In this document: piece by piece, positions 10,089 to 20,454 of the stretch
Position numbering within the stretch: position 1 is the first letter of the stretch
How the letters are laid out: the number at the start of each line of letters is the position of its first letter
Source: a candidate division FCPU426 bacterium
GTDB taxonomy: Bacteria > Oederibacteriota > Muellerivitia > Muellerivitales > Muellerivitaceae
NCBI GenBank assembly: GCA_963738405.1
Contig: CAVTWJ010000003.1
Span: 1 to 49,016, forward strand
Reading direction: 5' to 3'
DNA length: 49,016 bases
Program-made: the position numbers and the translations under genes
Notes under the pieces: generated by a model
Told to the model about the DNA's origin: nothing
Database searches by the model: none
What the model saw: only the letters and a program-made list of their open reading frames with translations

Positions 10089-10349
10089 TGGGGTACCCGG
10101 AAATGAAGTATTGCCTCCATCAGCGATAGGGGCTGGGTGAACATAAACGGCTTTAAATTTGAAGTCAAGATGAGGCGTGGGATAAACCCCTTTGATGATC
10201 GGTTTGGGGTGGGGAGTTGTATTGATGGTTAGGAGATATTCCATGGAAGGTGAATTGAGACATTAAGTGTTAGCCGGGCGGATGATTTATACTAAGGCCC
10301 ATGATGTCGGGTTGGGACGAAATACCTTTAAATAAGGATATTGCTTTTT

Positions 10350-13300
10350 ATGCCTAAATCTTCCAAGCGCATTCACCCTTCCGGGACAAAAAAAGAAGCT
10401 TTCCCCTATGTTTTTCCACCCGAGATTCTTCGGCAATTTTTAGGCAAATCGAACGTTATTTTTTGGGCCGTGGATCAAAAGGGAATCATGCTCATTTTGG
10501 AAGGAGATGAGCTGAAGACTTTGGGGTTTAATCCCAAGGATTGGATTGGTGAAAGTATTTTTAAGGGTATCGGCCGAAATCCCTTGGTCCAAAAGGCCGT
10601 TCGCAGGGCGCTCAAGGGAGAAACCCTCAGTACGGTGCTGCCCTGGAAAAAATCTTTTTTTGAGACCAAATACATCCCGTGGAAGGATGCCAGGGGAAGG
10701 ATGTTGGGGGCGTTTGGCTTTTCAATGGATGTGACCGAAGCCTTCGCCGCGAAGCAGGAATTGTGGCGCAGGGAAAAACGGGAGGAAATTCTCGCCCAAA
10801 CCTCCCAGGACTTGATTGTTTTTTTCTCCCAAAAGGGAGAGAGAATTTACGAAAGCCCCGGCATTGAAAAAATTCTGGGATTCAAGCCGGGCGAAAGGGA
10901 ATCGGCCGGTCCGGTGACCCACCTTCATCCGGAAGACCAAAAGCGCGCCGATGCCGCTTTTAAACGGGCGTTGAAAAATCCCGGCGTGCCCGTCCGGGTG
11001 GAAACCCGCGTCCGCCATAAGCATGGACACTGGATTTACGGCGACGTCATCATTACCAACTTTTTAGATAAGCCCGGGGTCGAGGCGGTCGTGGTTCAAA
11101 CGAGGGATATCTCCGAGAAAAAAGCCGCCGAAGAGGCCCTTCGGCTCTCCGAACAGAGGTTCCGGGGGATGGTTGAGAACTCCCAGGACATCATTACCCT
11201 CCTCGATGCGGAAGGCCGCCGGCTTTACGAGGCCCCCAGTATCCAAAAGGTTTTGGGGTTTGAGCCGGGCGAGAGGGGCGGGACCACCTTCGATAACCAT
11301 CCTCCCGAGGATGTTCCAAAGGCCCGGCGGGCCTTCCGGGAAGCTTTGAAAAACCCGGGAAAAGCCATACAGGCCCAATTGAAAGTCCGCCGCAAGGATG
11401 GAACCTTTATTGACGCTGAAATGAGCATTACCAATCTTTTAAAGGATCCCTCGGTCAGGGGTGTCGTCGTCAACGGGCGGGATGTGACAAAACGCAAAAA
11501 GGCCGAGGAAAATCTTAAAAATCAGGAACGCCATTACCGGGCACTGATCGATAACGCCCATGACGTGATTTATATCCTCGATCGGACAGGTAAAAGGATT
11601 TACGAAAGCCCCTCGGTTGAAAGGGTCCTTGGTTTTAAACCCGGCGAAAGGACCGGCTCTTCGGTTTTCGAATCCATGCACCCGGACGATTTGGAAAAAG
11701 CGCGCCAAACGTTTAAGAAAATTTTAAAAACTCCCGGGTGGGCCGAAACGATCGAACTTCGAACGAGGCATAAAAAGGGACATTGGGTCTATGCCGAGGT
11801 GAACATCGTGAACCTATTGGAGGACCCCTCGGTCAACGGGGTGATCGTGAATTTCCGGGATATCACTCAACGTAAGAATACCGAGATGGCTTTGAGGCAA
11901 TCGGAAGAAAGTTTCAGGGCCTTGATTGAAAAATCACCGGACGGCATCTTGGTTCACCGGAAGGATTTCATTTCCTACGCCAATCCCGCGTTCCTCGCCA
12001 TGGCGGGATACGAAAAACTGGACGAAGTGATCGGACTGCCGTGGAATTTTCATCTTCCCCCGGAGGAAATTGAAAAGGTGCAGAAACGAATCGAACGTTT
12101 GACGGACCCGGGAGCCTACAATCCCCCCGTGGAGCGTAATGTCAAGTGCAAGGATGGGACTTTACTTCCGGTGGAATCCTTGAGTTTCAGTGTTGTGCTG
12201 GAAAATGAAAAATTTCTCGTGGCCGTCATCCGCGACCTCTCCCAGAAAAAAGAAGCCCAACTGGCGCTGGAGAAAGCCGAGAAAAGCTTCCGCAATTTGA
12301 TCGAGCTATCACCCGACGCGATCATGATTCATACCCAAGAAAAAAATCTTTACACGAACAAGGCGTTTTTAAAGCTGTTTGGCTATGAAAGCCCGGAAGA
12401 ATTGCCCGAAAAGCCCTGGCAGGTCATGGTTGCCCCCGAAGAAATCCAGAGCGTCCTGAGCCGTATCAAAAGGGTCGGAGTGTCCAACGCTCCCAATCCC
12501 CCCATGGAGCGGCGAATCCTCAAGAAGAACCATGAACGCGTCCCAGTGGAAGTGGTGAGTTTTACCGTCCTCTTCGAGGGACAAACGGCCATGGCGGCCG
12601 TTTTCCGCGATCTGACGGAACGAAAAAACGCCGAAAAGATTCTGCTGAAATATACCCGTCTTGGGGTGATCGGAGAGATGGCGGCAGGGCTGGCGCACGA
12701 AATACGGAACCCCCTATCGGGTATCGGCCTTTCCGCCCAGTACCTGAGCCGCAAATACTCGCAGACACCGGAAGCCCAGGTACAAGTCCAAAATATTTTG
12801 GATCAAACCGAGCGGCTCAAGCAGCTCGTCAACGACACCCTTGATTTCTCCCGCGACACGCCCCTCCAGGATTTAACCCGCGTCGACGCATGGGAGTTGA
12901 TGCAAACCTCTTTAAGACTGGTCCAGGTGCAGTTTGGGCCCAAGAACACCCGCGTCGAAGTAAAATGGACCTTTGAAAAAGGTCGTTTTTTCGTGTGGGT
13001 GTCCCCCAACCGGATTCAGCAGGTTTTGGTCAATTTGATTTTGAACGCTTATCAAGCCATGGAAAGGGGCGGCATCCTGAGTCTGGGATGCTCCAACCTT
13101 GGGAATGGAGTGGTCTTTAGGGTGGAAGATAACGGCCCTGGGATTACTCCGGAGGCCCGGATAAGGCTTTTTGAGCCTTTTTTTACCAGCAAGAAAAATG
13201 GCTCGGGTTTGGGTCTATCCGTCAGCCAAAGGATCGTGGAGGCCCATGGGGGCCATCTGAGGGTGGAAAACCCGGCCCAGGGGGCGGCCTTCTTAGTTGA

Positions 13301-13355
13301 ACTGCCCGGTTATTCCGAGCAAAATGCATTACCACCCGAGGGCAGACACCCATGA
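10350..13355 (+). CDS. Cytoplasmic multi-PAS (six PAS/PAC) sensor histidine kinase
   Basis: Repeated PAS/PAC units; H-box AHEIRNPL; NLILNA, DNGPGI, FFTSK and GSGLGL boxes; no obvious TM helix. Confidence 0.93.
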   Translation: MPKSSKRIHPSGTKKEAFPYVFPPEILRQFLGKSNVIFWAVDQKGIMLILEGDELKTLGFNPKDWIGESIFKGIGRNPLVQKAVRRALKGETLSTVLPWKKSFFETKYIPWKDARGRMLGAFGFSMDVTEAFAAKQELWRREKREEILAQTSQDLIVFFSQKGERIYESPGIEKILGFKPGERESAGPVTHLHPEDQKRADAAFKRALKNPGVPVRVETRVRHKHGHWIYGDVIITNFLDKPGVEAVVVQTRDISEKKAAEEALRLSEQRFRGMVENSQDIITLLDAEGRRLYEAPSIQKVLGFEPGERGGTTFDNHPPEDVPKARRAFREALKNPGKAIQAQLKVRRKDGTFIDAEMSITNLLKDPSVRGVVVNGRDVTKRKKAEENLKNQERHYRALIDNAHDVIYILDRTGKRIYESPSVERVLGFKPGERTGSSVFESMHPDDLEKARQTFKKILKTPGWAETIELRTRHKKGHWVYAEVNIVNLLEDPSVNGVIVNFRDITQRKNTEMALRQSEESFRALIEKSPDGILVHRKDFISYANPAFLAMAGYEKLDEVIGLPWNFHLPPEEIEKVQKRIERLTDPGAYNPPVERNVKCKDGTLLPVESLSFSVVLENEKFLVAVIRDLSQKKEAQLALEKAEKSFRNLIELSPDAIMIHTQEKNLYTNKAFLKLFGYESPEELPEKPWQVMVAPEEIQSVLSRIKRVGVSNAPNPPMERRILKKNHERVPVEVVSFTVLFEGQTAMAAVFRDLTERKNAEKILLKYTRLGVIGEMAAGLAHEIRNPLSGIGLSAQYLSRKYSQTPEAQVQVQNILDQTERLKQLVNDTLDFSRDTPLQDLTRVDAWELMQTSLRLVQVQFGPKNTRVEVKWTFEKGRFFVWVSPNRIQQVLVNLILNAYQAMERGGILSLGCSNLGNGVVFRVEDNGPGITPEARIRLFEPFFTSKKNGSGLGLSVSQRIVEAHGGHLRVENPAQGAAFLVELPGYSEQNALPPEGRHP

Positions 13356-14701
13356 AAATTCTCCTGATCGATGATGAAAAGTCCATGCATGTTGCCCTGA
13401 CCCCCTTTCTGGTGGATTTGGGCCACGAGACCGCGTCGGCCTACACCGGAGCCGAAGGCCGGCAGGCGGCCCGGGATTTCAAACCGGATTTGATTTTGTT
13501 GGATCTTTATCTTCCCGACCTTAACGGCCTTGAACTCCTGGATAAATTCCGCGCCGACCATCCCAATGTGGGGGTCGTGATCATGACGGCGGCCGCGGCC
13601 ATTAAGACTGCCGTGGAAGCCATACGGTCGGGGGCCGAGGATTATCTCCAAAAACCCCTGAACCTGGACGATCTTCAGATCGTCCTGGGCCGCTTCACGG
13701 AGAAGCAGGGACTGCGCAAGGAAGTGGCGGTTTTAAAACGCTACCTTCAGGATCAGTTCGCCCACGAGTATCTTTTTCTTTCCGACCCCGCCATGGCCCA
13801 GGTTTACGAGAAGATCGAGCAATTGGCCAAATTGGACAAGGTCACCGCACTCATTTTGGGTGAAACGGGAACAGGAAAAGAACATGCCGCCAAGCTTATC
13901 CATTATCTCTCCCCCCGGTCCGCCAAGCCTTTCGTGGAACTGCATTGCGGGGCCCTGCCCGAGACCCTCATGGAATCGGAACTTTTCGGCTATGAGGCCG
14001 GGGCTTTTACCGATGCCCGAAAGCAGAAACCCGGCTTGTTCGAGTTGGCCCAGGGCGGAAGTTTGTTTTTGGATGAAGTGGGGGAAATGCCCCTTTCAAC
14101 CCAGACCAAGCTGTTGAAAGTCTTGGAAGACCACAAGCTCCGCCGTCTCGGCGGCATCAAGGAAATCGACTTGGATGTGCGCATCATCGCCGCCACCAAC
14201 CGGGATTTGGAGCGGGAAACCAAGGAAGGGAAGTTCCGGGCCGATCTTTATTACCGCCTCAATGTCATTCCCCTCAAGCTGCCTCCCTTAAGGAGCCGTC
14301 CGGATGACGTGGCGGAGTTGGCCCGCTTTTTTTGGCGCGAGGCCTGCCAAGCCTTTGATAAAAAATTGGATAACCTTTCACCCGAGGTCATCCATGAACT
14401 GCAGGCCTATCCCTGGCCGGGAAATGTTAGGGAACTCAAAAACGCGATCAACCGCATGGTCATCAACACCCGGGGGCCGAAGGTAACCGTCGGCGACATC
14501 CCCGATGAAATCATGATGCTGGAAGAAGACATCCTGCTTCAGCCCGCCGAGGCTGCGGATGCCAGTCCCTCAAGCCCCGATGAAAAGGCGAAAATTGAAA
14601 AGGCTCTTCAGGAAATGAAGTGGAATAAATCCAGGACCGCCGAATTGCTGGGGATTTCCCGAAAAACTTTGTTCAACAAAATGAAGAAATATTCCATTTA
14701 G
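13352..14701 (+). CDS. Sigma54-dependent NtrC/AtoC-family response regulator (REC-AAA+-Fis HTH)
   Basis: LLIDDE, LLDLYLP, GETGTGKE, ESELFGYEAGAFTDA, FLDEVGE, WPGNVREL, HTH; overlaps the kinase stop. Confidence 0.95.
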   Translation: MKILLIDDEKSMHVALTPFLVDLGHETASAYTGAEGRQAARDFKPDLILLDLYLPDLNGLELLDKFRADHPNVGVVIMTAAAAIKTAVEAIRSGAEDYLQKPLNLDDLQIVLGRFTEKQGLRKEVAVLKRYLQDQFAHEYLFLSDPAMAQVYEKIEQLAKLDKVTALILGETGTGKEHAAKLIHYLSPRSAKPFVELHCGALPETLMESELFGYEAGAFTDARKQKPGLFELAQGGSLFLDEVGEMPLSTQTKLLKVLEDHKLRRLGGIKEIDLDVRIIAATNRDLERETKEGKFRADLYYRLNVIPLKLPPLRSRPDDVAELARFFWREACQAFDKKLDNLSPEVIHELQAYPWPGNVRELKNAINRMVINTRGPKVTVGDIPDEIMMLEEDILLQPAEAADASPSSPDEKAKIEKALQEMKWNKSRTAELLGISRKTLFNKMKKYSI

Positions 14702-14866
14702 ACCCCTTTAACTTTTCCCTCCCATCGTTAGAAGGTTTTCCTTTCTTGAATCCCCCTCTTACCCAACTTGAGAATCCTATTTCCCCTTTTGGGTTACCCA
14801 GCAACCGATTTTCGTTACCCCCATCCAGTTACCACGTGCAATTACGGGTTGTTTTTCCTGCCTTTT

Positions 14867-14883
14867 TTGGCATGTGCATTGCC
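14867..14883 (+). promoter_or_regulatory. Sigma54 -24/-12 promoter
   Basis: TTGGCATGTGCATTGCC has exact GG-N10-GC spacing, about 55 bp before ATG 14938; GTTACC repeats upstream at 14793, 14814 and 14828. Confidence 0.75.
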
Positions 14884-14937
14884 TTTACATGCGCCATGGT
14901 TGTTTCAAAAACCCCTAAGCTCATCGCAAGGAAAACC

Positions 14938-15435
14938 ATGCCGGATACCTCCAACGATACCGGTTTTCCCCAAGAAACGAACGGAGACCGCTCCATGCCC
15001 ACAGGCGAGGATTTATTCCAGGTTTTCAAATCGGTGGCCCAGAATTGGCTTCAGCTTCCCTGTCATTCCTTAGGCCGCCCGGTGGAAGGGCCTTCGGTTA
15101 TGTCGCTGGAAAGAAGCGTTTATCTGGCCGGGCCGATCCGGGGCTTGGTGGCTTTAAGGGCCCATAGCCGCCTGGGCGGTGTACTGCTTGAAAAAACCGA
15201 GGTCTTGAACCATTCGCTGCAAACCAGCGATGAGGCTTTCCGGGAACTGGTTCAGCTCTTTTGCGGCCACTTACTTTCTTCTTTTTGGAAAATCGAAGGG
15301 GTTTCGGCCATTCCCTCCCAGCCGAGCAAACCCCAATCCTGGCCCAAGGGTAAACCCCAAGCGGCGGTGGCTCTCCTTCTGGATCAATGTCCCATTGAGA
15401 TTCGTTTTTGGGTCGAAACGGGCAAAGCCCTTTGA
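14938..15435 (+). CDS. CheX/CheC-like domain protein
   Basis: AAGGA RBS; VYLAGPIRGLVAL..DEAFRELVQLFCG resembles the CheX fold. Confidence 0.55.
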   Translation: MPDTSNDTGFPQETNGDRSMPTGEDLFQVFKSVAQNWLQLPCHSLGRPVEGPSVMSLERSVYLAGPIRGLVALRAHSRLGGVLLEKTEVLNHSLQTSDEAFRELVQLFCGHLLSSFWKIEGVSAIPSQPSKPQSWPKGKPQAAVALLLDQCPIEIRFWVETGKAL

Positions 15436-15455
15436 TGAGGACGGAAGGAACAAAA

Positions 15456-15824
15456 ATGCCGTTAAATATTTTATTCGTGGACCGCGGGGAGGCGAGGGAA
15501 ACCCTGCAAGATTCCCTGACCCAGGCGCTTGGCGAACTCGATTTTGGGCATGCCCGGAATGAAAGGGAAGCTCTTTTGGAAATGGACCGGAAGAAGCCGG
15601 GGTTGATTATCACGAACTTGGAAACTCAGGGTTCGGAAGGCAGGAATTTCCTTCGGAAAATTCTCGAACATCGCGGCGACCAACAGCCGGTGGTGGCCCT
15701 CTCGGAAAGGATTACCTCCGATTTGCTGGCGGAGTTTTTAAAGAATCCAATGGTTTGGTTTGTTCAAAACCCCGCGGCGCCCGGGGAAATCGCCGATCTG
15801 GCGGGCCAATTGTTAAAGGGCTGA
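15456..15824 (+). CDS. Single-domain atypical receiver protein
   Basis: NILFVD..EAL..KPGLIITNL..G..PVVALS..FVQNP; the phospho-Asp and conserved Lys positions are both Asn. Confidence 0.7.
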   Translation: MPLNILFVDRGEARETLQDSLTQALGELDFGHARNEREALLEMDRKKPGLIITNLETQGSEGRNFLRKILEHRGDQQPVVALSERITSDLLAEFLKNPMVWFVQNPAAPGEIADLAGQLLKG

Positions 15825-15837
15825 TCTTCTTTTTCCC

Positions 15838-16392
15838 TTAACCCTGATTTTCATTTCCAAGCCCCATTCGCTCCAGCCGGCCTTGAAAAGTTTCTTTTTC
15901 CACTCCCACATACAGTTCGCCTTCGTTGCGGGTCATTTCCCAATGGTTGTCCCTTTTAAGGGTGTTCCCCAAGGCATTCAAAAAACGTGCCTCCATCGCG
16001 TAAAGGCCTATCTCTTCAAGACGGTGGACCTTTTCTTCCGTTAATTCCTTCGCCAGCATCCGGGCGTCCTTATGGGTGTAAATCAGAAGTTCTTTGGATG
16101 ATTTGGCGGCCTTATGGATTCGTTTGGCCGTGGGGTTGCCGATGTCGATCCAAAGGTCGATCCCGCCCGTTGCTCCCATCGCCCGGATGGCCGGTTCGTC
16201 GGGGGAGCTGATACCGGCAGAGAATTCCAGGCCCTCCCGGACGTTCAGGCAATAGGCAAGGATTCGAATGATAAAGAAGGGAAGCGATTCGGAAGGGTGC
16301 ATGGCCGCGCGGAATTCAAGGGTTTGGTAGAGGTTTCGGTCCACATCGGAAAGGTCAACTTGGAAGCGGTAAAGGGTGGATGTCAAAGCCAA
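15838..16392 (-). CDS. yaeQ: YaeQ family protein
   Basis: MALTSTLYRF..SDVDRNLY..AMHPSE..RILAYCL..DEPAI..LWIDIGNP; TTG start at 16392. Confidence 0.9.
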   Translation of the reverse strand: MALTSTLYRFQVDLSDVDRNLYQTLEFRAAMHPSESLPFFIIRILAYCLNVREGLEFSAGISSPDEPAIRAMGATGGIDLWIDIGNPTAKRIHKAAKSSKELLIYTHKDARMLAKELTEEKVHRLEEIGLYAMEARFLNALGNTLKRDNHWEMTRNEGELYVGVEKETFQGRLERMGLGNENQG

Positions 16393-16425
16393 GGAATTCT
16401 CATTTCGAAAAACATTTAATGATTT

Positions 16426-16515
16426 ACCACCAAGGCACAAAGACACCAAGAACAACGTAAATCAATTTTTTGAGTTTTTGATCTGCTTTTCTTGGCGACT
16501 TGGTGTCTTGGTGGT
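16426..16515. repeat. REP/MITE-like palindromic element, copy 1
   Basis: Arm ACCACCAAGGCACAAAGACACCAAGAA and inverted arm TTCTTGGCGACTTGGTGTCTTGGTGGT around an AT-rich spacer. Confidence 0.85.
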
Positions 16516-16534
16516 TAAATTTTATTTTAGGGCG

Positions 16535-17527
16535 TTACTCAATCGGTATTTCCTTCACGAACTCCTGATTCAAATAGACCTGGGCCGAGGCCTTGCCGGT
16601 CACGGAAACTTCCACCTCCACATGGTCCGAGGGGCTTTGCATGCGGTTGTAAAGGGTCCGGGTGCCGGTGGAATCGAAAACGTCAATCTGAAGCCGGCGG
16701 GGGTTGCCCTCAGGCATATCAAAGGACACCTTGGCGAAGCGGGCCTTGAGGGAGGCGTCGGAACTTTTCGCGCTCACCACCAGTGAAACCATTCCACCGT
16801 GAAGCATGTGAGCGCCCGAGGGAGGGTCTTGGGAGAGGATGGTTTCCGAATCCAGGTCGTCATGCACCTCGATTTTAATTTTTTGAAGCGTGATGCCTGC
16901 GGGCCTCAAAAGTTTAAAGGCCTTTTCCAAGGGTTGTTGAATCAGGTTGGGCATCAGGTAACTGGCGTCCTGCGGACCGGTGGAGACCAAGAGGTCCACC
17001 GCACCGAAGGCCTCGGCTACCTCGCCCTGGGCGGGAACCTGGGCCAATACCGTGTCCTTGGGGTTCAGGGGATCGGAAACAAAAGATTCCCTGCCGATTC
17101 GAAGCCGGTTGGAGGCCAAAAGAATTTGGGCTTCCCGAACCGAAAGCTGGGCCACCGTTGGGATCTTCACCTTCGGGCTTCCCTTGCTGATCACCACACT
17201 CACTTCCTGGCCCCTTTTTAAATAGCTGTTGGCCCTGGGACTTTGCTCGCTCAAGAGGCCCTCGGGCACATGGTCGTCATATTGGGCACGCAGGATTTTG
17301 AGTTTCAGGTTTTTGGATTCAAGGGCATCGGTGGCCTGCTTCTCGTTCATTCCTACGATTTTAGGAACAATCATGGGCTGGTGAAGCTGGGTAAAGAAAA
17401 GGGAAACGCCGCCGCAGGTCAGCACCACCAAGGTGAAGAGGCCCAGAAGTTTCAAGGCTTTGAAGATGAGTGTTTGTTCAGCCTCGCTCAACCGTTCCCA
17501 TTTTGAGTTGAAGAATTCTCCTGTCAC
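16535..17527 (-). CDS. Membrane-anchored triple-PASTA-domain protein (no kinase domain)
   Basis: TM helix, then three PASTA repeats (VPKIVGM..EQSP; IPTV..AQVP; MPNLI..SQDP). Confidence 0.88.
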   Translation of the reverse strand: MTGEFFNSKWERLSEAEQTLIFKALKLLGLFTLVVLTCGGVSLFFTQLHQPMIVPKIVGMNEKQATDALESKNLKLKILRAQYDDHVPEGLLSEQSPRANSYLKRGQEVSVVISKGSPKVKIPTVAQLSVREAQILLASNRLRIGRESFVSDPLNPKDTVLAQVPAQGEVAEAFGAVDLLVSTGPQDASYLMPNLIQQPLEKAFKLLRPAGITLQKIKIEVHDDLDSETILSQDPPSGAHMLHGGMVSLVVSAKSSDASLKARFAKVSFDMPEGNPRRLQIDVFDSTGTRTLYNRMQSPSDHVEVEVSVTGKASAQVYLNQEFVKEIPIE

Positions 17528-18618
17528 GTGCGGGGTCCTGTTGGTCCGGGGGCCAGGGAGTCTTTGAAACCTAGTTGGCCGCAGGCCGCGTCGATATCTA
17601 CGCCCTTGCGTTCCCTTAAGAAAACCATCAATCCCTTTTCCCGAAGGGAGTTCTTGAAGTTCATGACGCCATCCTCATCCGGCGACTGGAAGGGAAGGGT
17701 GGGCACCGGGTTGTAGCGGATCAAGTTGACCTTACAAAGCAGATCCTTGCAGAAGACCGCCAACTTTTGGGCGTCCTCGGGCCGGTCGTTCACGCCCTTT
17801 AATAGAATGTATTCCAGGGTCACGGGCAAACGGCGGGTAAAGGTGAATTCCCTCAATAGTTTCTTGAGCTTTTCCAGGGGGTTGGATTTGTTAATGGGCA
17901 TGAGGCGGCTTCTTATTTCAGGGTCGGCGCTGTGAAGGGAAAGGGCCAGCGAAACGGGCCAATCGTCCTTGATGAATTTTTTCAAAGGGTCCAACAATCC
18001 AGAGGTAGAAACGGTCATTCGGCGCCGTCCCAAATTCAGTCCCTCAGGATCATGAAAGATTCTCATAGCCTTTTGGGTGGGTTCGTAATTATCCAGCGGC
18101 TCACCCATGCCCATTACCACAATATTGCTGAACTTTTTCCCCGAATCCCGCTCCATGCCTAAGATTTGGGCCACGATTTCGGCAGTGGTGAGGTGGCGCC
18201 CAAATTTAGGTACCCCTGTCGCGCAAAAGGTGCATTTCATCCGGCATCCGGCTTGGGTGGAAATACAGGCGGTATAAAAGCCCGCCTCGCCCTCTTCGTC
18301 CTTAGACATAGGAAGAAGAACACTTTCGACTTGCCCGGTGCGGCCTTCCTGATCAGGCGTTAAGCCCCAAAGGTATTTAATTGTTCCATCGGTAGAGGTT
18401 TGTTTGCCCGCAGGGCTTAAAGGTGTCAGGCGGGCCTTTTGGGATAGTTCATCCCGCAGGGTCTTGGAAAGGTCGGTCATATCCTGGAAGGACCCGGCCT
18501 TTTTTTGATGGAGCCATTGGTACACCTGGGCGCCGGTATGTTTAGGCGCGCCGGTCTCGGTCATGAATTGGGTGATTTCCTGGCGCGTTAAGTTGTAAAG
18601 GTCCACTGGGGCTTCCAC
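17524..18618 (-). CDS. rlmN: 23S rRNA m2A2503/tRNA methyltransferase RlmN
   Basis: CISTQAGCRMKCTFCATG, MGMGEPLDN, SLH, DIDAACGQL. Confidence 0.96.
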   Translation of the reverse strand: MEAPVDLYNLTRQEITQFMTETGAPKHTGAQVYQWLHQKKAGSFQDMTDLSKTLRDELSQKARLTPLSPAGKQTSTDGTIKYLWGLTPDQEGRTGQVESVLLPMSKDEEGEAGFYTACISTQAGCRMKCTFCATGVPKFGRHLTTAEIVAQILGMERDSGKKFSNIVVMGMGEPLDNYEPTQKAMRIFHDPEGLNLGRRRMTVSTSGLLDPLKKFIKDDWPVSLALSLHSADPEIRSRLMPINKSNPLEKLKKLLREFTFTRRLPVTLEYILLKGVNDRPEDAQKLAVFCKDLLCKVNLIRYNPVPTLPFQSPDEDGVMNFKNSLREKGLMVFLRERKGVDIDAACGQLGFKDSLAPGPTGPRT

Positions 18619-18698
18619 GGCTTGCCTTTCGCTTTCAAGTGAATGGCGGGTAGTCTATCAAAAGACCTGGGTTGATTTAAGAGAACCTCCAACAATTA

Positions 18699-18840
18699 AC
18701 CACCAAGGCACCAAGACACCAAGAAAGGCCGTTTTTGTTAAAAACAGAACCGAAAGGTTCCGATTTTTTTAAGAGATGTTCTTCTTAACAATGACCAAAA
18801 TATTGTCTTGCCTCACTTGGTGTCTTGGTGCCTTGGTGGT
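18699..18840. repeat. REP/MITE-like palindromic element, copy 2
   Basis: Perfect 25-bp inverted repeat, 18699-18723 and 18816-18840. Confidence 0.9.
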
Positions 18841-18927
18841 GGAATGAGATGTTGCCTTTAGGGTTGCCAAAGACTTGCGCCTTTTGTTAAATAAGCGGGC
18901 TTTACACCAAAATTGAGGAAACAAAAA

Positions 18928-19803
18928 ATGCCTAACCTATTAAAGCTGGGACTGCCCAAGGGAAGCCTCCAGGAATCGACCTTTCACCTTTTCGCCAAAG
19001 CCGGATACAAAATCTCATCCACCTCCCGTTCCTATTTTCCCAACATCGACGACCCTGAAATGAAAGCCATGCTGATCCGCGCGCAGGAAATGAGCCGTTA
19101 TGTTGAGGACGGCACCCTGGATGTGGGCATGACCGGCCGGGATTGGGTAATGGAAAACGGTTCTTCCGTTCATGAGGTCGCCGAGTTGATCTACGCCAAG
19201 GCAGGGTTGAGGCCTGTTCGTTGGGTGCTGGCCGCCCCCGCCAATTCTTCCATCAAGAGCGTCAAGGACCTGGAAGGCAAGAAGATCGCTACCGAATTGG
19301 TGAATGTTTCGAAAGCTTATTTGAAAAAGAACGGGGTCAACGCCCATGTCGAATTTTCATGGGGCGCTACCGAAGCCAAGCCGCCAGAACTGGCCGATGC
19401 CATTATCGAAGTGACCGAAACGGGCTCCTCCCTCCGGGCCAACAACCTGGTGATTTTGGAAACTCTCATGGAATCCAACACCCTGGTCATTGCGAACAAA
19501 GCGGCTTGGGCCGATCCTTGGAAGAAAAAGAAAATTGAAGATATGGTGCTTCTATTAAAAGGCGCTTTGGCGGCCGAGGAGAGGGTGGGATTGAAGATGA
19601 ATGTTCCCAGGGCCAAGTTGGATGCCGTCTTGAAGGTTCTTCCTTCCATGAATTCACCCACCATTTCAGACCTCCAGGATAAGAACTGGGTGGATGTGGA
19701 TACGGTGGTCGCCGAAAAGACCGTTCGGGAAATGATCCCTAAGCTGAAAGACCAGGGCGCCGAAGGCATCGTGGAATACCCCCTAAACAAAGTCATTCCC
19801 TGA
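18928..19803 (+). CDS. hisG: ATP phosphoribosyltransferase, long form
   Basis: [31 protein letters not shown] and C-terminal ACT-like domain. Confidence 0.96.
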   Translation: MPNLLKLGLPKGSLQESTFHLFAKAGYKISSTSRSYFPNIDDPEMKAMLIRAQEMSRYVEDGTLDVGMTGRDWVMENGSSVHEVAELIYAKAGLRPVRWVLAAPANSSIKSVKDLEGKKIATELVNVSKAYLKKNGVNAHVEFSWGATEAKPPELADAIIEVTETGSSLRANNLVILETLMESNTLVIANKAAWADPWKKKKIEDMVLLLKGALAAEERVGLKMNVPRAKLDAVLKVLPSMNSPTISDLQDKNWVDVDTVVAEKTVREMIPKLKDQGAEGIVEYPLNKVIP

Positions 19804-19857
19804 TTAGTTGGTTCTGTAGGGTGTGAGATGGTTTTGTTGTAATAAATAAATATGGTT

Positions 19858-19884
19858 TTCTTGGTGCCTTGGTGCCTTGGTGGT
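19858..19884. repeat. Solo arm of the REP/MITE-like element (copy 3)
   Basis: TTCTTGGTGCCTTGGTGCCTTGGTGGT with no partner arm nearby. Confidence 0.8.
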
Positions 19885-19923
19885 AAATCGTAGGGAGTTG
19901 TAAGATTAACCCAGTGAGGACCT

Positions 19924-20424
19924 ATGCAGGACCCAGCTGAAATCAACAAACAAGCGGTTCTTCTATATAAGAACCAGGATTACAAAGGGGCCGAGGAACT
20001 TTATCACGAAGCCCTCAAGGCCAATCCGACCTATTTTCCCGCCCAGCTCAACCTTGGCATTCTCCTCTTCAAAACCGGCAACTACGACGAATCGATCAAA
20101 GAATGCACCAAGGCCGTCGCGCTTAACGCCGAACACCCATCCGCCCACTTTCATTTAGGCAACGCCTACTACGCCAAGATGTGGTGGGAAGAGGCCTTGG
20201 TGGAGTATGAAAGGGTTATGGCACTCGACCCCAAACACATTGATGTGCATTTTTCGCTGGGCGGCATCTACCTCAACCGGGGTCACAAGGATAAAGCGGT
20301 GGAATGCTGGAAAAAGTACTTGGAATTGGCTCCCGGGGATACGCCCAAGTGCAAGCTGGCGCTGGAATATGTCCATGGCGCCATGGCCAACCAGGTTCAT
20401 ATCGGGAAGTACATCGCGGAATAA
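19924..20424 (+). CDS. Tetratricopeptide repeat protein
   Basis: About four TPR units (AQLNLG, AHFHLGNAY, VHFSLGGIY); GAGGA RBS. Confidence 0.9.
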   Translation: MQDPAEINKQAVLLYKNQDYKGAEELYHEALKANPTYFPAQLNLGILLFKTGNYDESIKECTKAVALNAEHPSAHFHLGNAYYAKMWWEEALVEYERVMALDPKHIDVHFSLGGIYLNRGHKDKAVECWKKYLELAPGDTPKCKLALEYVHGAMANQVHIGKYIAE

Positions 20425-20454
20425 AAAAACTTAACATTTCAAATTGACACGACA

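Noticed and set aside
14004..14018. GAFTDA instead of GAFTGA in the enhancer-binding protein
   Set aside because: A common variant among sigma54 activators; not evidence of novelty.
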